Source of the DNA: Albugo candida
Lineage: Eukaryota
Direction: 5' to 3'
Assembly: GCA_040437565.1 (NCBI GenBank)
Contig: JBDOQK010000076.1
Span: 62,001-115,614, forward strand
DNA: 53,614 nucleotides
How positions within the stretch are numbered: the first letter of the stretch is position 1; every line of letters starts with the position of its first letter. A model generated the notes under the pieces. The model was given only the letters and a program-made list of their open reading frames with translations. It searched no databases and was not told where the DNA came from. Shown here in pieces: positions 37,885 to 50,950 of the stretch. Both the position numbers and the translations under genes were made by a program.

Positions 37885-40800
37885 GATGACTTGATGCCTT
37901 TATCACACTCAGAGGTGGAAGTGATTATGTCACGCACTCATATCATCGCTGCGATGAAAGAGGAAGCCCCGCAATCTCTATTCGAAGTTTCTGATGGATA
38001 CTATCATCAGAACGGGACTCTGAAAAATTCAAACGATCTCCTTGTGTGTGCTAAAATCGAGTGTCAAGATTCTTACAAACGACTTTTACATTAGAAAATT
38101 ACAACTGCCTTTCTACGCCATAAGGATTGTTTTATCTGGTTCCTTATGAGACGCGCCAAAGTTTATAGTCTTGCTCACTTGTTGTATGCTGTGCTATCAA
38201 TGATCAATCATTGGCTAAAATCACAGATCGTACCTGCTTTACGACTGCAAAGTCCGATAAGCCAGAGACCCGGATGTTACTATTGGATAAAGTAAGTATC
38301 ACCACCGCTCTACAACGAAACCAAAAGACTATGTAGCCAAATTTACTTGAGGTCACACTTTACACTATTCTAATTGAATGTTTGATGTGCTATGTAAGGT
38401 ACGTACCCATACGATAAATACATGTTTGAGTTTTGTCAATTTGGACTTATTCAAATGATACTTGTTTGCAGACGTCGATGTGGATGATAAGAATGGAGCA
38501 GATCTTTCAGATTGCCTTTCCAAAGACGTTCTTACAGAATGTATAATTAGATGTTTATATGTTCCTTCAACTAATCCACAAGAACATTAAAATGACGAAG
38601 ACGTACATTTGTTTCAGCTACTGGTAAGCATAGAAACTCTGCAGTGCTGCACCTGTACAAACTATCTATTCTAGGTCGGGCGGACCACGATTCATGGCTC
38701 TGTAAAGAACAAGGTTATGTTCCACTGGCATCTAGAGTTCTTAGATGGCTGTTTCGCGTCCTGAGTGACGGGAATCGGAAGATCCTACAGGCAGCTGACA
38801 GCACGTTGGCTGAGGCTTTAAAAAGATGATGGATTTCACTCAGGAGGAAAATCGGGTATTGGTTAGGCTGGAATCAACCTGTCAGACTTCATGTTCATTT
38901 ACTATACGCAATTGCGCACAGCATTTTGATCGCTAAGCACGACATTGAGCAAATTGCTGAATGAGCAAATGAAGATTGCTCGGAATTCTTGATTTCAAGA
39001 AAGCAATACATGTGAACCCTCCATTTATGCAAAATCTCCACTGTGAATATTTAAGTGATGATGTACCTAAGTGGATGCTACGTTGCGCTGGATTGCAATG
39101 ATGCTTGAGCAAGCACCTCAAAAATTTGTATCTTAAACCAGCATATTTTTATCAAGACTTTATCCGATGTTTCTGATGCTGCTATACTGATAGACTCCGA
39201 AGTCTTGGTTCGGATATCTATGATTAAGCACGAGTTTGGACAAGTTCAGAACGCTGTTCTAATTTTATCGAAAATGCTTGACGTCTGCTGGAGACGCGTG
39301 AAAGTCTGAATGTGGCGCAAAGTGTGCGTCTTACTGGATGCTAAACGTATTTTCTTGGTATTTACCAAAGTCTGGTCAGTATGGAAAAGGAAAACTCAAA
39401 TCAGTCGATCAAGAAGAAGGATGAACACTTACAGTCACGGAAGATACCTACAGAAAAAATGCCGGGAATGGTGATACCAGTGAAGCTTAAGTCATCGTGC
39501 CGGGCTTGGAGCAAACCTATCCAAAGTTTTCTTCGGTGATGGTCCGAACATACAATTTGATTCTATTAACCACAACATTAATGGACAATTTGGTAAAGCG
39601 TTTTCAAGTAGATGCCAGCCTGAAGGGTATACAAGTTTCCATGGCAAGGCTTGATCCAACAGTAGGGCCACTTGTTATCTTTTTGGGTGTTACGTTGGTC
39701 CAGCCCCGGGTGATACATTCTGGTTTCTGCATTCCATTTATCTTTAATGGCTCAATCATATTCCTTATCGTCCGCGTTGAGCACCATATTTTATCTTTTC
39801 ATTGCCACTGTCCGCACATTCACATCATATTTATGTGAACATCGAAGGCCACCAGTGATTGAGGCTGTATGTGCTGAATTCTCAATGGGCTGATGAAAAT
39901 CTAATAGATAGCGCAACTCTAATGATTGCTATCCTGGAGTTAGTCCTAGCAGCTGAAGATTTCTCGATAGATACCCAGAAACGCAGAATAAAGCTCACCA
40001 ATTGCTATCACAGGTACCTTCAGATAAACCTATATAAGAAGTCAAGCTTATCGGGAGTGTTACGGAAGAAAAAGCCCACACAATGATTTCACATAGAAGA
40101 GGATACCACGATAGAAGCAGCATCTGCCAAATGTAACATGGAGGAGAGCATGCAGTCTTAACTGAGTCCACTATGGCGTCTGGAAGCGAGTCTCTACGAG
40201 ACGTTGATCGCTTCATTGATCGCTAGAGATACAAGGGTAGCCCTCCGAAGGACTTGATGATGAAGCCGGACAAAGCACAAAGTGGTCGAGAATCGATTAA
40301 ATAAGGCGTTTCAATTTTTCCAATGTAGTAAGACTCAAAAACCAGCAAGATTGCCAGCAGATTAATAGCGTGACTGGAGCTTTGATTCGACAAACAGAAT
40401 CCTGTTTTGGACTCGGAGAAATGTTCGAACATGATAATGATGTGCTTATGAATCCTAACGGCTGTAAATAGCCTCGTAATCGGATTGTTCGCTAGAAACT
40501 AGCGTCTCGACGCACGTGTCTATCACGATGCAGACGAACTTGAAGCGAACGATGATTTGATAGAAGCTCTATCGATGCATTTGATGGGCAACTCAGGCTC
40601 TCAAATTTACAGAAGACGCATTACGAAATGACATGAACGCAATGAAGGTGCTGTTGGAAATGGCAAGCTGTCTCTCAGATGGGTATGAAGTAAAAGTTTT
40701 GATAGCGTTCTGTCAAGAGATTGTACCGAAACTCTGCCTCAGAATTGTATCACATCGGAAAGCATTATCGTATTTCGACGTTGGAAAACGTGCAAAGTAT

Positions 40801-42189
40801 CGCCTGTGATCGAACGTTGCGAGCAGCGCTGCAGAATCACGTTGTTGCAGTTCATTTATAGCGCTATACGATCGAGCGAATTCTGTCATTAGGCTGCTCG
40901 ACATTACAGCACCCTGGCTCACAAATGTGCTTGTCTGAAGGAGATTCAAATACATATTCAATAATTAGATAAACCAGAATATAAGCGTCATGATGGGATT
41001 TCTCATGGATATTTGGTACTTTTAGATGTTGAAGACTGAATACTTTAGCAAGCGTTTCTTTGGTAATTTACAACAAACATCTATCTGCATATATGGTCGG
41101 GTGATTGACATCCATAAAAGGCACTTGAATTGCGCATACCCGAATCACTTCGTGTCGCAAAATTGCATTTGGAAACTTGGCAGCCACAAACACATTTTTT
41201 GATCTTATTCCTATTCTACTGAGAAGTAAAACCATGTGGTCTAATAGATATAATCATGGCTTCAAATGGAAACGCGATCATCGGCAATCTGTAGTTCATC
41301 AAGAGAGCGTATCCCGAAGCAAATAGCACCGCCATCACTGGGTTGGGAAGACTTAAAAATACTCTTGCCAAAATGCGTTGACGCGTGTGACATCGTTAAA
41401 AAAGATTTTTCATATCGACTTAAAACGTTTGTAGTCTTCCAGTGGCCTTTGAACTCATCGCGGAATGTAAATATCCAAACTGTAATCACCTAAGACAAGT
41501 GGTAGACAAATCCCAAATTATCCAAAATGAAGTCTCGATACATCAACTCTGAGTTCCCCATCCACCAAAGCATCTAATGTGACAGAAAGGTGATCTAGAA
41601 AGTATGCTTGCAAAAGACTGATAGCCGTATTTGCGCACACAAATAATGTGGACCATGGGAGATCAGCACTCTTGTTGTTGAACAAGCCTCAGAGGGTACT
41701 ACGCGCGACATCCAACATACCATATACGACCTTGCTGAAGGCATCAATGTAATGTAGGTGCGATAGAAGTTCGATTTCGAACATATAATGAGACCGATCA
41801 TGAAACACTTGACAACTCATCTCATGAGGAGGTGATTTATGTTGCTGCGATGAGATCATCTCTTAGATAAAGTCACAGCAGTGCATCCCCTTAATCGTCG
41901 TACAGAAGCGTCAGACATAGCGCCTCCTTTGGGTGTAGGACAACCATAAACCATAGGGCTGTCAAACGCATGCATCTTACAACACCCTGAGCAGTTCTCT
42001 CACCAATTGCGGATTTCGTGAACACAAAATGATCTATGATACTGACTTTGACCTCGATATGTAAAATGTTTCGACAAATGTGAGTCTGAATATTAGGAAA
42101 TATCCACTCGATCTTCTGCAGTTACGAAAGGAGAGCACACAAAAAGCAAGACAAGTCGTAGTGAGATTGGTTCTCGAAGTCACCCCACC

Positions 42190-42930
42190 CTGTTTAAACG
42201 ATTTAAAAACTTACAAACTAGCTTCAGCAGAGCAAACGGTTTCAAGTGCCTTGTAACGCCACCAGAAAACATAATTTAGACATTCTTACCTCTTCTTCTG
42301 ACCCTCTTTCACTAATGTTCTCGCTTACGTTATATCGCATCTTTCCTTCGAAATCCCCTCCCTATTAAACGTTTCCAGAACAACCAAACTCACTTCCTCC
42401 AAGGTTGCAGATGCGTTGTAAATTCATCAGAAAACTTGATTCAAGCATTCTTCACTCCTCTTCTGACGCTCTTTCACTACTGGTATTGCTTGAATTTATT
42501 TTCATTTTTCTTTTTGAAGTCTTTTTATCCTGTCCAAACACTCCCAGAAGAACCAAACTCACTTCTTTGATGTTGTTCAATATCTTATTGAAGCGTCCGA
42601 AAACTCGTTTTAAACGTTTTCAACTTCTCCTGTAACTCCATTCAAATGCCTATATTTGCTGTAATACGTTCCCACATTCTTTGTAATATACTCTCGCTCG
42701 TTATAAACGCTTCCGAAATATCCAAATTTACTTCTCTGACGCTTTTTTTATGTCTTTTTTTTGAAACGTAAACGAACACGTTTTCAAAAAACATTCTCAA
42801 CTTCTCTTGTAACGCTATTCAAAAGCCTTTATTCGTTGTGATACGTTCCCGCTTTCCTTGTAACGTCTTTTCACTCTGTTCAAACGATGCTTAACACGTC
42901 TTGAACGCTTACAAATGTCTTGTAAATATC
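42190..42930. repeat. Highly degenerate tandem repeat (~180-bp period), pyrimidine-rich on the + strand
   Basis: caacttctcctgtaactccattcaaatgcctatatttgctgtaatacgttccc (~42621) vs caacttctcttgtaacgctattcaaaagcctttattcgttgtgatacgttccc (~42798). Also aaccaaactcacttc at ~42382 and ~42551 and recurring aaacgttt words. Confidence 0.65.
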
Positions 42931-42979
42931 AGCAGTGTTTGCGTATATCGGAGATATGAGTATTCTCGTTGATTCAAAC

Positions 42980-44760
42980 AGATGGCTAAACTTATATGCG
43001 CCAGACCTCATGATCAAGTATACCGATGTAATTCGCTGCCCGACATATACGCTGTCACAATGAAAGCCTTCCGTTACATACGAAAGCTTTATATGAATAA
43101 TTCAATCCTCGTCAGTGGCAAGTCTGACGCCGGAAAGACTAAAGCTGTTGTTGTAATGGGACATGTAGGGAGCTTGGCGGCCAATGTGAATTCGAAGCCA
43201 TCCAGTAGATCAGAAATCGTCTACCAGCGACAAAACTAACCGAAATGACAACAGTCTCACTCTGTGAATTTCATAGAGCTCCAATTATAATGAACGTAGT
43301 ACTCGTTGGCGCAACTTCGAGAGTATTTTCGCTTGAGATATCGTGTCCTACGACCCAACGTGTCCGAGAGCTACATTTTCACATTCTCTATCAGCTTTAC
43401 GAAATAAAAACTACTTCCCAGAATTGCTCTTTCAAAACTGTTCATATCGATACATTCTGAACAGCATCGACGACACAAAACACGAAGAAAAGTTTACAAG
43501 CGCTTGTATTGCATGGCATGTATCGAACGCTACAATTCCACATCTAGCATTCAGGCGGAGCATTTTTTACTTTGGGCATGTGGAATCCACAACGTGTAAT
43601 GACGATTTGAATACGTCTCTGGTACCTGACCCGTAGACTTTCTACTTGCTCGCCAGACATTTTGGAGTCGATAATACTGACTTTAGACGATCCAGTGGCA
43701 ATTCAATGTCATTGTTATGACGTGAAGTGATCTGAAAGCCAAAGCCTCACGACAAAGCATCTGATTAACGCGATCCGTCCGCGAAACGTTTCAACTGGAA
43801 ATTGTTCGAATGACTCGTCGAGCAAAAGAATGAGACCATTGGCGAGAAATTCCGTGAGCGTTCCCAGATTACTGAAAGTTTCGACTCTGGGTTTAATTTT
43901 GTCGAAATATATTCGCTTCGGCGGTTTTGCATCAATTCCGCAAATGAGAAATTCCAATAAAAATTCGTACGATAGGTTCAGAACCGCTCAGATGAAATGC
44001 GAAGATAAGAGCATTCGTGGTCACATATCCACTCTGAAGACAATCAAGACGTCCTCGATCTAATCGAAAGAAGAATATACTGAATAGCTTGACCAAACGA
44101 AGAGAAGTTTATTGAAAGTGCACAGATCTTAGGATTAAGAACCATATTGAGGAATCGATGCGGGCAACCAGCTTAGATGCGGCATTTTCGAGCAAATTGG
44201 GTGCTGTGATGGAGAATAACTAGTTCTGGTAACGCCACGATCAAAGCAATGTGGATTAATAAGCGTTAATTACGCGGGAATGGTCACGTACAACGCCATG
44301 TGCTTTAATGATACATCGCGATGCACTTTTTCCGAGAGTCAAAGCTGTTTTGAGCGCATCGAATGTGTCGATTCTGAGAAAAATGGTTGGGTTTCACATG
44401 AAAACTCGGATAACATCGCGTCTTACCGACAAAAAATAAAGATTCACGCTTGGTAACGACAAAAAACTGTCGTTACACAGTTCGAAATAAGTTTGGCGAA
44501 AACAGATCAAGCACAACTCAATTTCCTTTTGGTTTGATGTGTCAACCCCAAAATCCACAGAATCCGAACGCTTTCTCCCATGACGATGCAGTGAGTCAAC
44601 CTCAATGCTCTGGCGTCGCGAAAGCGAAGCCCGTCACTCGAAGGACATATTTGAGTCGTATCTCATACACGTAATGTCACAAAAACGTTTAGCTTTTATC
44701 AATTGCATCGACGCATTGGTATCAACAGTAACGCTAAACGATCATCAAGCAATAATGTGA
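42980..44760 (+). pseudogene. Myosin motor-domain pseudogene (partial)
   Basis: Ordered myosin-head motifs in shifting frames: LPDIYAV...NNSILVSGKSDAGKT (P-loop, consensus QSIlvSGESGAGKT), KTNRNDNS..FIELQ (switch I), FHILYQL, FCINSANEKFQ, EDNQDVLDLIE, NYAGMVTY and SQPQCSGV. Confidence 0.88.
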
Positions 44761-45510
44761 GCAATATTCGCAGTTCTCCTCCAAATGGCGAAGTTAGAGA
44801 CTGTCAATTCCGTCTCCCGCAAACCAATTGTGGCTTTTTCGATTTTCACTCGGGCATCCATGACGCCAGGATTTTCGTTGGGATGCTGCTGGAAACGCAA
44901 GGGATTTATGGCGGTAATTTTAACTCATGAGATGTGGTTAGGACTTTGAGAGAAATATTGTGGATGATTAGGCTTTACTTTTCAGCTCCCGTGCTAGGCG
45001 AGACAGTCTAGGTATTCTTTATCAGGCATTGTTTTGCACATAAACACTTTTTGCTTGCATGAATAAGCACCAAAAATGTACCGAGGTGTTTCATTGATGG
45101 ACGGATTTTTTTATCAACTGATATCGCCAGTCATTTTGATGGGAATTTTTGATCGCTATCAAAATGACTGAGGCTAAATAATATTTCCACTCATTTGTAA
45201 ACCGCAACCTCGTATTGGCGATAGTCCCTCAATTAAAAGAACAGTGTAATTGTAATTACTATTTTTACTTTATTGCGAGGTTCTCTGCAAATTCCGTGCT
45301 ATTTTGCTCGAAAACAAAGAGTTTATTCGACCATGGAATCTATTGACGTGGAGCTATAGCGTCACTGGTATTCTGCATGGATATTCGAATCGATAGGCTA
45401 CTAATCTACCTTCTACGATCTTTTGCAGATGAGTGGATGGATAGTGCATTCTTTCGGAAGAGAACTGACTGATCAGATTGATGACAAGCCAAATCAAACT
45501 ATACATGACC

Positions 45511-45767
45511 TTTGGAGTTCCCGTACCCCACTCAGTCGGTTAACCACTTGAGCGCTCGCACGGACCCCCTGCCGGAGGTCGTTAGTTCGATCCCCGGCAG
45601 TGTTGGCAGCCGTTTGAGCCCGCCCAAGCAATAAGCTTAGAAAATGTCTGCCGCCCTCGGTTTGAAGTCAGCGTTAAGTAATAATCACATGGTCAGGGGC
45701 TCATGATAGAATAAGGAAGGTAGTTAAAGAACCAGATAAACAGTGTAATGAAATCCTTGACAAAAAA
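45511..45767 (+). mobile_element. tRNA-derived SINE (~257 bp) with A-tail and ~15-bp target-site duplication
   Basis: Pol III A-box-like cactcagtcgg (45529-45539) and B-box agttcgatccc (45584-45594), a unique body, and an A9 run at 45762-45770. Flanking direct repeats aaactatacatgacc (45496-45510) and aaactgtacaggacc (45768-45782) match at 13/15. Confidence 0.8.
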
Positions 45768-48700
45768 AAACTGTACAGGACCCAAAAACCGTCGTCTCCT
45801 GCTTCATCATGCCAGTTTCTAGAGCAAGCCTTTCCGCTATTACACAACTCTTAGCCTTTCATTTACTGCCTCGAATGTTCAGGTATCGCTCTTACTCGAA
45901 AAAAGTGGAAGGGAATATCAACAGATTGATATCTGCATTTATATGCGATAGGTAGCATCTCACAAACCCAAACAAGCCGCGATCGATATCTCATATTAAA
46001 ATTGAGACACCTGTTGCCTCTTCTCTTGACCTCTGCACACGACTGTGGGTTTACGAGCTTGGGACACTCATATCGACATATACCATTTCTCAATTGCTAG
46101 AAACTTTCGCAGAAATGTACCTCTGTATCGATTTGGGAGCCATAACATATTCGATCGATTGTTCTCTACGCACTTTTTCTGAACCTTTTATTCGCCTAAT
46201 AAATGCTGTTATACGATTTCTATCCGAGCCATCCTATTCGTCGGCTTCTACATTCTTTCTTCTGGACTCTGGGTTTAAACCGACAAGTATTCATGGTATC
46301 GGAAGAAGCGAAATCACACTGTCTGTTATGTACAGTGTCGATCAGGAGCAAGTAAATTTATTCGTTCTGTACTTGCTGTGTGATATATTTTTGCAGGCTC
46401 AGGTGCAAGCGTTGCGATCAACAGACTCAATCAAGAGGAGATATAGTAACTCGTTTGGCTGATGGCATATACTTCATAGGGGTACTGCACAGCTCTGAAT
46501 AACACTCGTAGACATAATCAAAATGTTTTTCACCTTCATTCTCCTATTTTAAAGAAAGCGTCTCTATTCGTATCACAAGCAAAAAAAGAAGAGGACACTT
46601 TCCCCCTTCCTTGTTTGCGTAAACGTTGGCTCTGCGCGTATGGTCTAGTGGAAGAACCCGTTACATGTTATGCAGTGAATGATCCATCTTGCATAATCGG
46701 TTCATTGTATAAGATTTCAGCCAGCGCAGATAAAACTTTAGGAGGCAGGTTGCGCTAAACCACGTGTATATTATCTATCAAAGAATACGCTATTTAATGC
46801 CACAACGCTGGTTCTACCACCAAGAAGATGAAGGCCCAGATCAGGTTAGTCTTGTTGAAATGTTGTAATACGCAAGAGTACGCCAAGGTTATGATCGCCT
46901 TCCAGGAAAGATCGGAGCCAGCTAATAGCTGATCGAGTGAAATGAAATACGGTTTCTTTGCAGAATTTGGGATGAAATGTTGGGAATCTTGAACGTGCCC
47001 AATTCCCCTCCACGTTTACTTATACGAATTTCAATTTTTTTGTTAACGTAGAATCAAAATGCCCGTGTGGACTCGTCGAGGTGAAAATCCAGCTTATCCC
47101 CCCGTAACCTTCATCGTGATTGATAGCTCGTACGTTATGCTGGAGATCTCAAAAAGCTTCACGGATTATATCTTTCGATTTTCACATAAGCTGCATCATC
47201 CGCCCATGAGAGTGGAATGATTCCAAGCTGCATTGTAATAATATTTGGACACGCATGACATAAAGAAAAGTACTATAATACTTTTCGGAGTCAGAATATA
47301 AATGGAATCAGTAGAAGAGAAAGCTTCACAGTTCTTTCATCCCAGAGAAATGCGCGCTTAAAGGGTCGTACGGAAAAAAATGGCGATGTAGAAGATGCTG
47401 TGTACCATAATATAAATCGTGTGACTATGAATGGCATTCCGGTTATAGATGTCGACTACCGAGGCGATATTCATTGTGTCTGATATCGTTGAATCTGCAA
47501 AAAAGTATTCAGTGCGCTCTGTTGGATCCTTGAAAGCATTCACCACGAACTAGTAATATTGGTACAAGAAACGATTCGAAGAAATTAAGGCCTTGTTCAC
47601 CATACCCATTCTGCTTTTATTACCCAGAAACAGCTTGTATCAATTGCGGAAGATTGAAGTAGAGCGGAGTTTGAGATCCTAAGAAAGCTACCTGTTTTGG
47701 ATATGAGCAGCACGGTATAGTTATAGATATTATTGATGTATGCCAACCACATATAATCCTCATTGATGGATATTGAATTCTTCAAGATACCTCAAGTTTC
47801 ACAGATTTTTTTTTCTTGTTTCGCATAATAGTCGTGTGGTTCTTGTAGTGCTGTGTAAACCATTTTGGGCTCGTCATAGAACTTGGTTACTTCAAGACAA
47901 GGTATGAAATGTGAATAGAACCACTTTACCTGGAAATGGAATGAGTTGAGCAAGCCATTCAGCTATAGCAATAGCGGATCCGACGTCGAGAATTCTAGCA
48001 TTAGAAATGGGTAGCTTGTGAATGAAATACTGCTAGGAAACATGTTATTCACTTCAGAGAATAAGCAGCGCAGTATTTTGATGTGTTGGTGCCTAATAGG
48101 ATAATATTAACATGTACTCGATCCGAGGATGCTATAATCATAGTGCTGTAGGCCATTCACGCAAAGCTACGACTATACTGTGGTAATTGGTTGAGTAGAC
48201 TGAGGTTCGACTGTAAATGAGTCAGATGCCATTATTGAGCAATACTGGTAGGTTTAAAAAGAACCAAGCCACTGTACTTTCAATGAAGCATAGCAACTAA
48301 TTAATATTTGCTGTGCCATCAGACTTTCAATGGTTGCGACACTGATTGTGTAATTAGGATCAGTCGCGAATACTAGTGAGCATTCACTCAGCAAACAACC
48401 GAGATCAAAATTTTCGTTTTTTTTAAATGTCCTCCGGACGCCTTAATGTATCTCCAATCCAACTACCCAGAATGCCTTTTAAACGTGTCATACAATTGAC
48501 AGGTGTATGCATCCATCAAGAACGCTTCGTTGCTATCAGTGTAGTTGATATGAAGTGTGCTGTATGGTTTCAAATACGATTCTTGTCGGTAGCGCAATTT
48601 TGGAACTCTGATAGGATTTTTTTTCAATAATACCCAAATTGGTAAGCTGACGTCGATCCAATGGACACGATCCCAGCCCTCAGCGGGTCGATAGATAGAA

Positions 48701-50119
48701 ATAAACACCCTTTTAGATATGACACGAACGAGAAGCTTAGTACAATATGCTTATCATTTTGGCATTCACTGTGCCACTGTTTCTGCCCGGTAGGATATCA
48801 AGTAGCGTCAAAGTGGAACGGATCGGATGTTCTCCTCCTGGGGGAGCAGAGCCTTCAGTCACAGTACATGTGCGTATCCATCATCAAATTTGGCTTCAAG
48901 CACTGCAAACAAGTCAGACGATGTTGGAACAACTTGAATGTATATCACCCCCAACCGAAACTGCATAAATGCTTCGAATCAATATCGACATCCGCTATTC
49001 AATGAATAAAAGAGCACTATGTCGTTGGTTATGTAAGCATCGATAAACGGTCAGATCTGATAGAGACGGTTGAACTCTAGAAATGCTATAAGCCGCAGTT
49101 ATTGCATTAAAGCTTTCATTTCGTCGAATTCACTTGGAGACGCAAAATATATTTCCAGTACCGCTGGAATTATAAAAGCTGCATCCACTGTGCCAACTTT
49201 AATACCCAGTAGAATATCTTACCGAACAACCAGCGTATCCTGTTACTACGGCTTTGATCTGAAGCATCAGTACAGTTGTGAAAGAATCCCGACGCTTCTA
49301 TTCAACCACAGCGTCAATGTGCAGCCGTTAAACGTCTTGTCCCAGAAAGTGCACGAGTTGATATGCTGGTCTTTTTGAGGCAGTTCATATCTTGTATAGA
49401 GAACGAAATGGGATGACTTGACAAAATAATATCACAAAGAAATTTAAATCCAGATTTCCGGCGTCGCTAATCTGAAGCAGTGATCACTTCGTTAGCTGAA
49501 ATGTTTTGAAGTATACTCAGCTCTTCCGCACGTTAAGATAAATACGGGGGGTGGTAATCGTCCGCGATCTGGCCTTCTAACTCAGAGCTAACACCGTTGG
49601 AATCGACATCAACAACAAAGAGAACCAGATAATTCGTCTAGACGTCCTCTTGGTTAATTTCTGCTTCTTGATTCACTCGCAGTACCACAATCACTTTTAC
49701 TAACGTTGGATTCAGATGCCTAGCCACTGGAAGATCCTGACAGCATAATGCTTTTCAAAACGCTCGTTGAACTTGATATTTATTTCGAGTGCCTTAAGAA
49801 ACGACGCCCGTAGACATAAAGTCAGAATCAGAAACAGCTGAGAGCTGGAAAAACAAACGTTAAAAGTGCGTTCTCTCCCTCCAACGAGTTCAATAGTAAC
49901 TTGATAGTGGTAACGTAGCACGTTAGGTGGCGTGGAATGTTACAATTGGTCCGATATAGTACACATACACAAAGTCTGCGCTCGACGCAATGCTTGAGCA
50001 CCTGTACGACCACTGATCGCAAATGGAAGCATCAATCACGGAACTTGAGTTTGCATTTATTGCCCGCTCCGGAGAAAACTAAGATCAAAGTGCAAGGTGA
50101 TGTTACGACCGGTAAGTAG

Positions 50120-50950
50120 TCGGCCTTTTATTATAGTAATATCATTGAGTACGTCTACGTTTCTACTAGATTGAAAATAAAGGAATAGTACAGGAGGTTT
50201 TCTTCATCTAGTAATCATAAAACGCATAGTGAGATAATAGTCATCTTTAAAGTATAGTAAATCATCGATCATTTCTAGCTTTCTAATAAATCTAACATAA
50301 AGAAAAAGTGCAGAGGGTTTTCTTTTCTTCATCCAGTAATCATAATACGCTCAGTGAGATTATTGTCAGCTTTTTATTATAGCAATTTCATTGATTTAAT
50401 ACGCATAATGAGATAATAGTAAGCTTCAAAGTATAGTAAACTATTAATTATTTCTAGCTTTCTATCAAAAATCTAAAATAGAGAAAAAGTCCAGAGGGTT
50501 TTCTTCATGCAGTAATCGTAACACGCATAGTGAGATTATAGTCAGCTTTTTAGTATGGCAATTTCATTGTATATTTCTAGCTTTCAACTAGATTTAAAAT
50601 TAGGAAATAGTACAGGGTGTTCTATTCATGCAGTAATCATAATACGCATAGTGAGATAATAGTAGATTTCTACTAGATTTGAAATAACGAAACAGTACAG
50701 GGTTTTATCTTCATGCAGTAAGCATAATACGCATAGTGAGTTTATAACCAACTTTTCATTTTAGTAATAGCATTGATTATCTCTAGATTTTAAGTAGATT
50801 AAAATTAAAGAGAAAGTTCAGTTGGTTTTTATCTATTTCGTGTATGATTGGATGAAATGATTATATGCACTCAGTGAGGAGTGAGCAAGCAGACACCTTT
50901 TATTATTGTAATAATATTGATTGCTTCCACTAGATTTGAAATATAGAGAA
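50120..50950. repeat. AT-rich degenerate satellite (~120-bp unit, with partial units)
   Basis: The core ttcttcatgcagtaatcataatacgcatagtgagataatagt recurs at about 50200, 50325, 50500, 50620 and 50708. The intervening segments (ttctagctttcta..a.at..aaaata..gaaa.agtacagaggg) are also homologous to one another. Confidence 0.9.

Noticed and set aside
45520-45605. Functional tRNA gene
   Set aside because: A and B boxes are present, but I could not fold a convincing cloverleaf, and the body, A-tail and TSD fit a SINE better.
50120-50950. CRISPR-like repeat/spacer pattern
   Set aside because: The segments between the conserved cores are homologous to each other, the spacing is irregular, there are no cas genes and the DNA is eukaryotic. 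It is a satellite.
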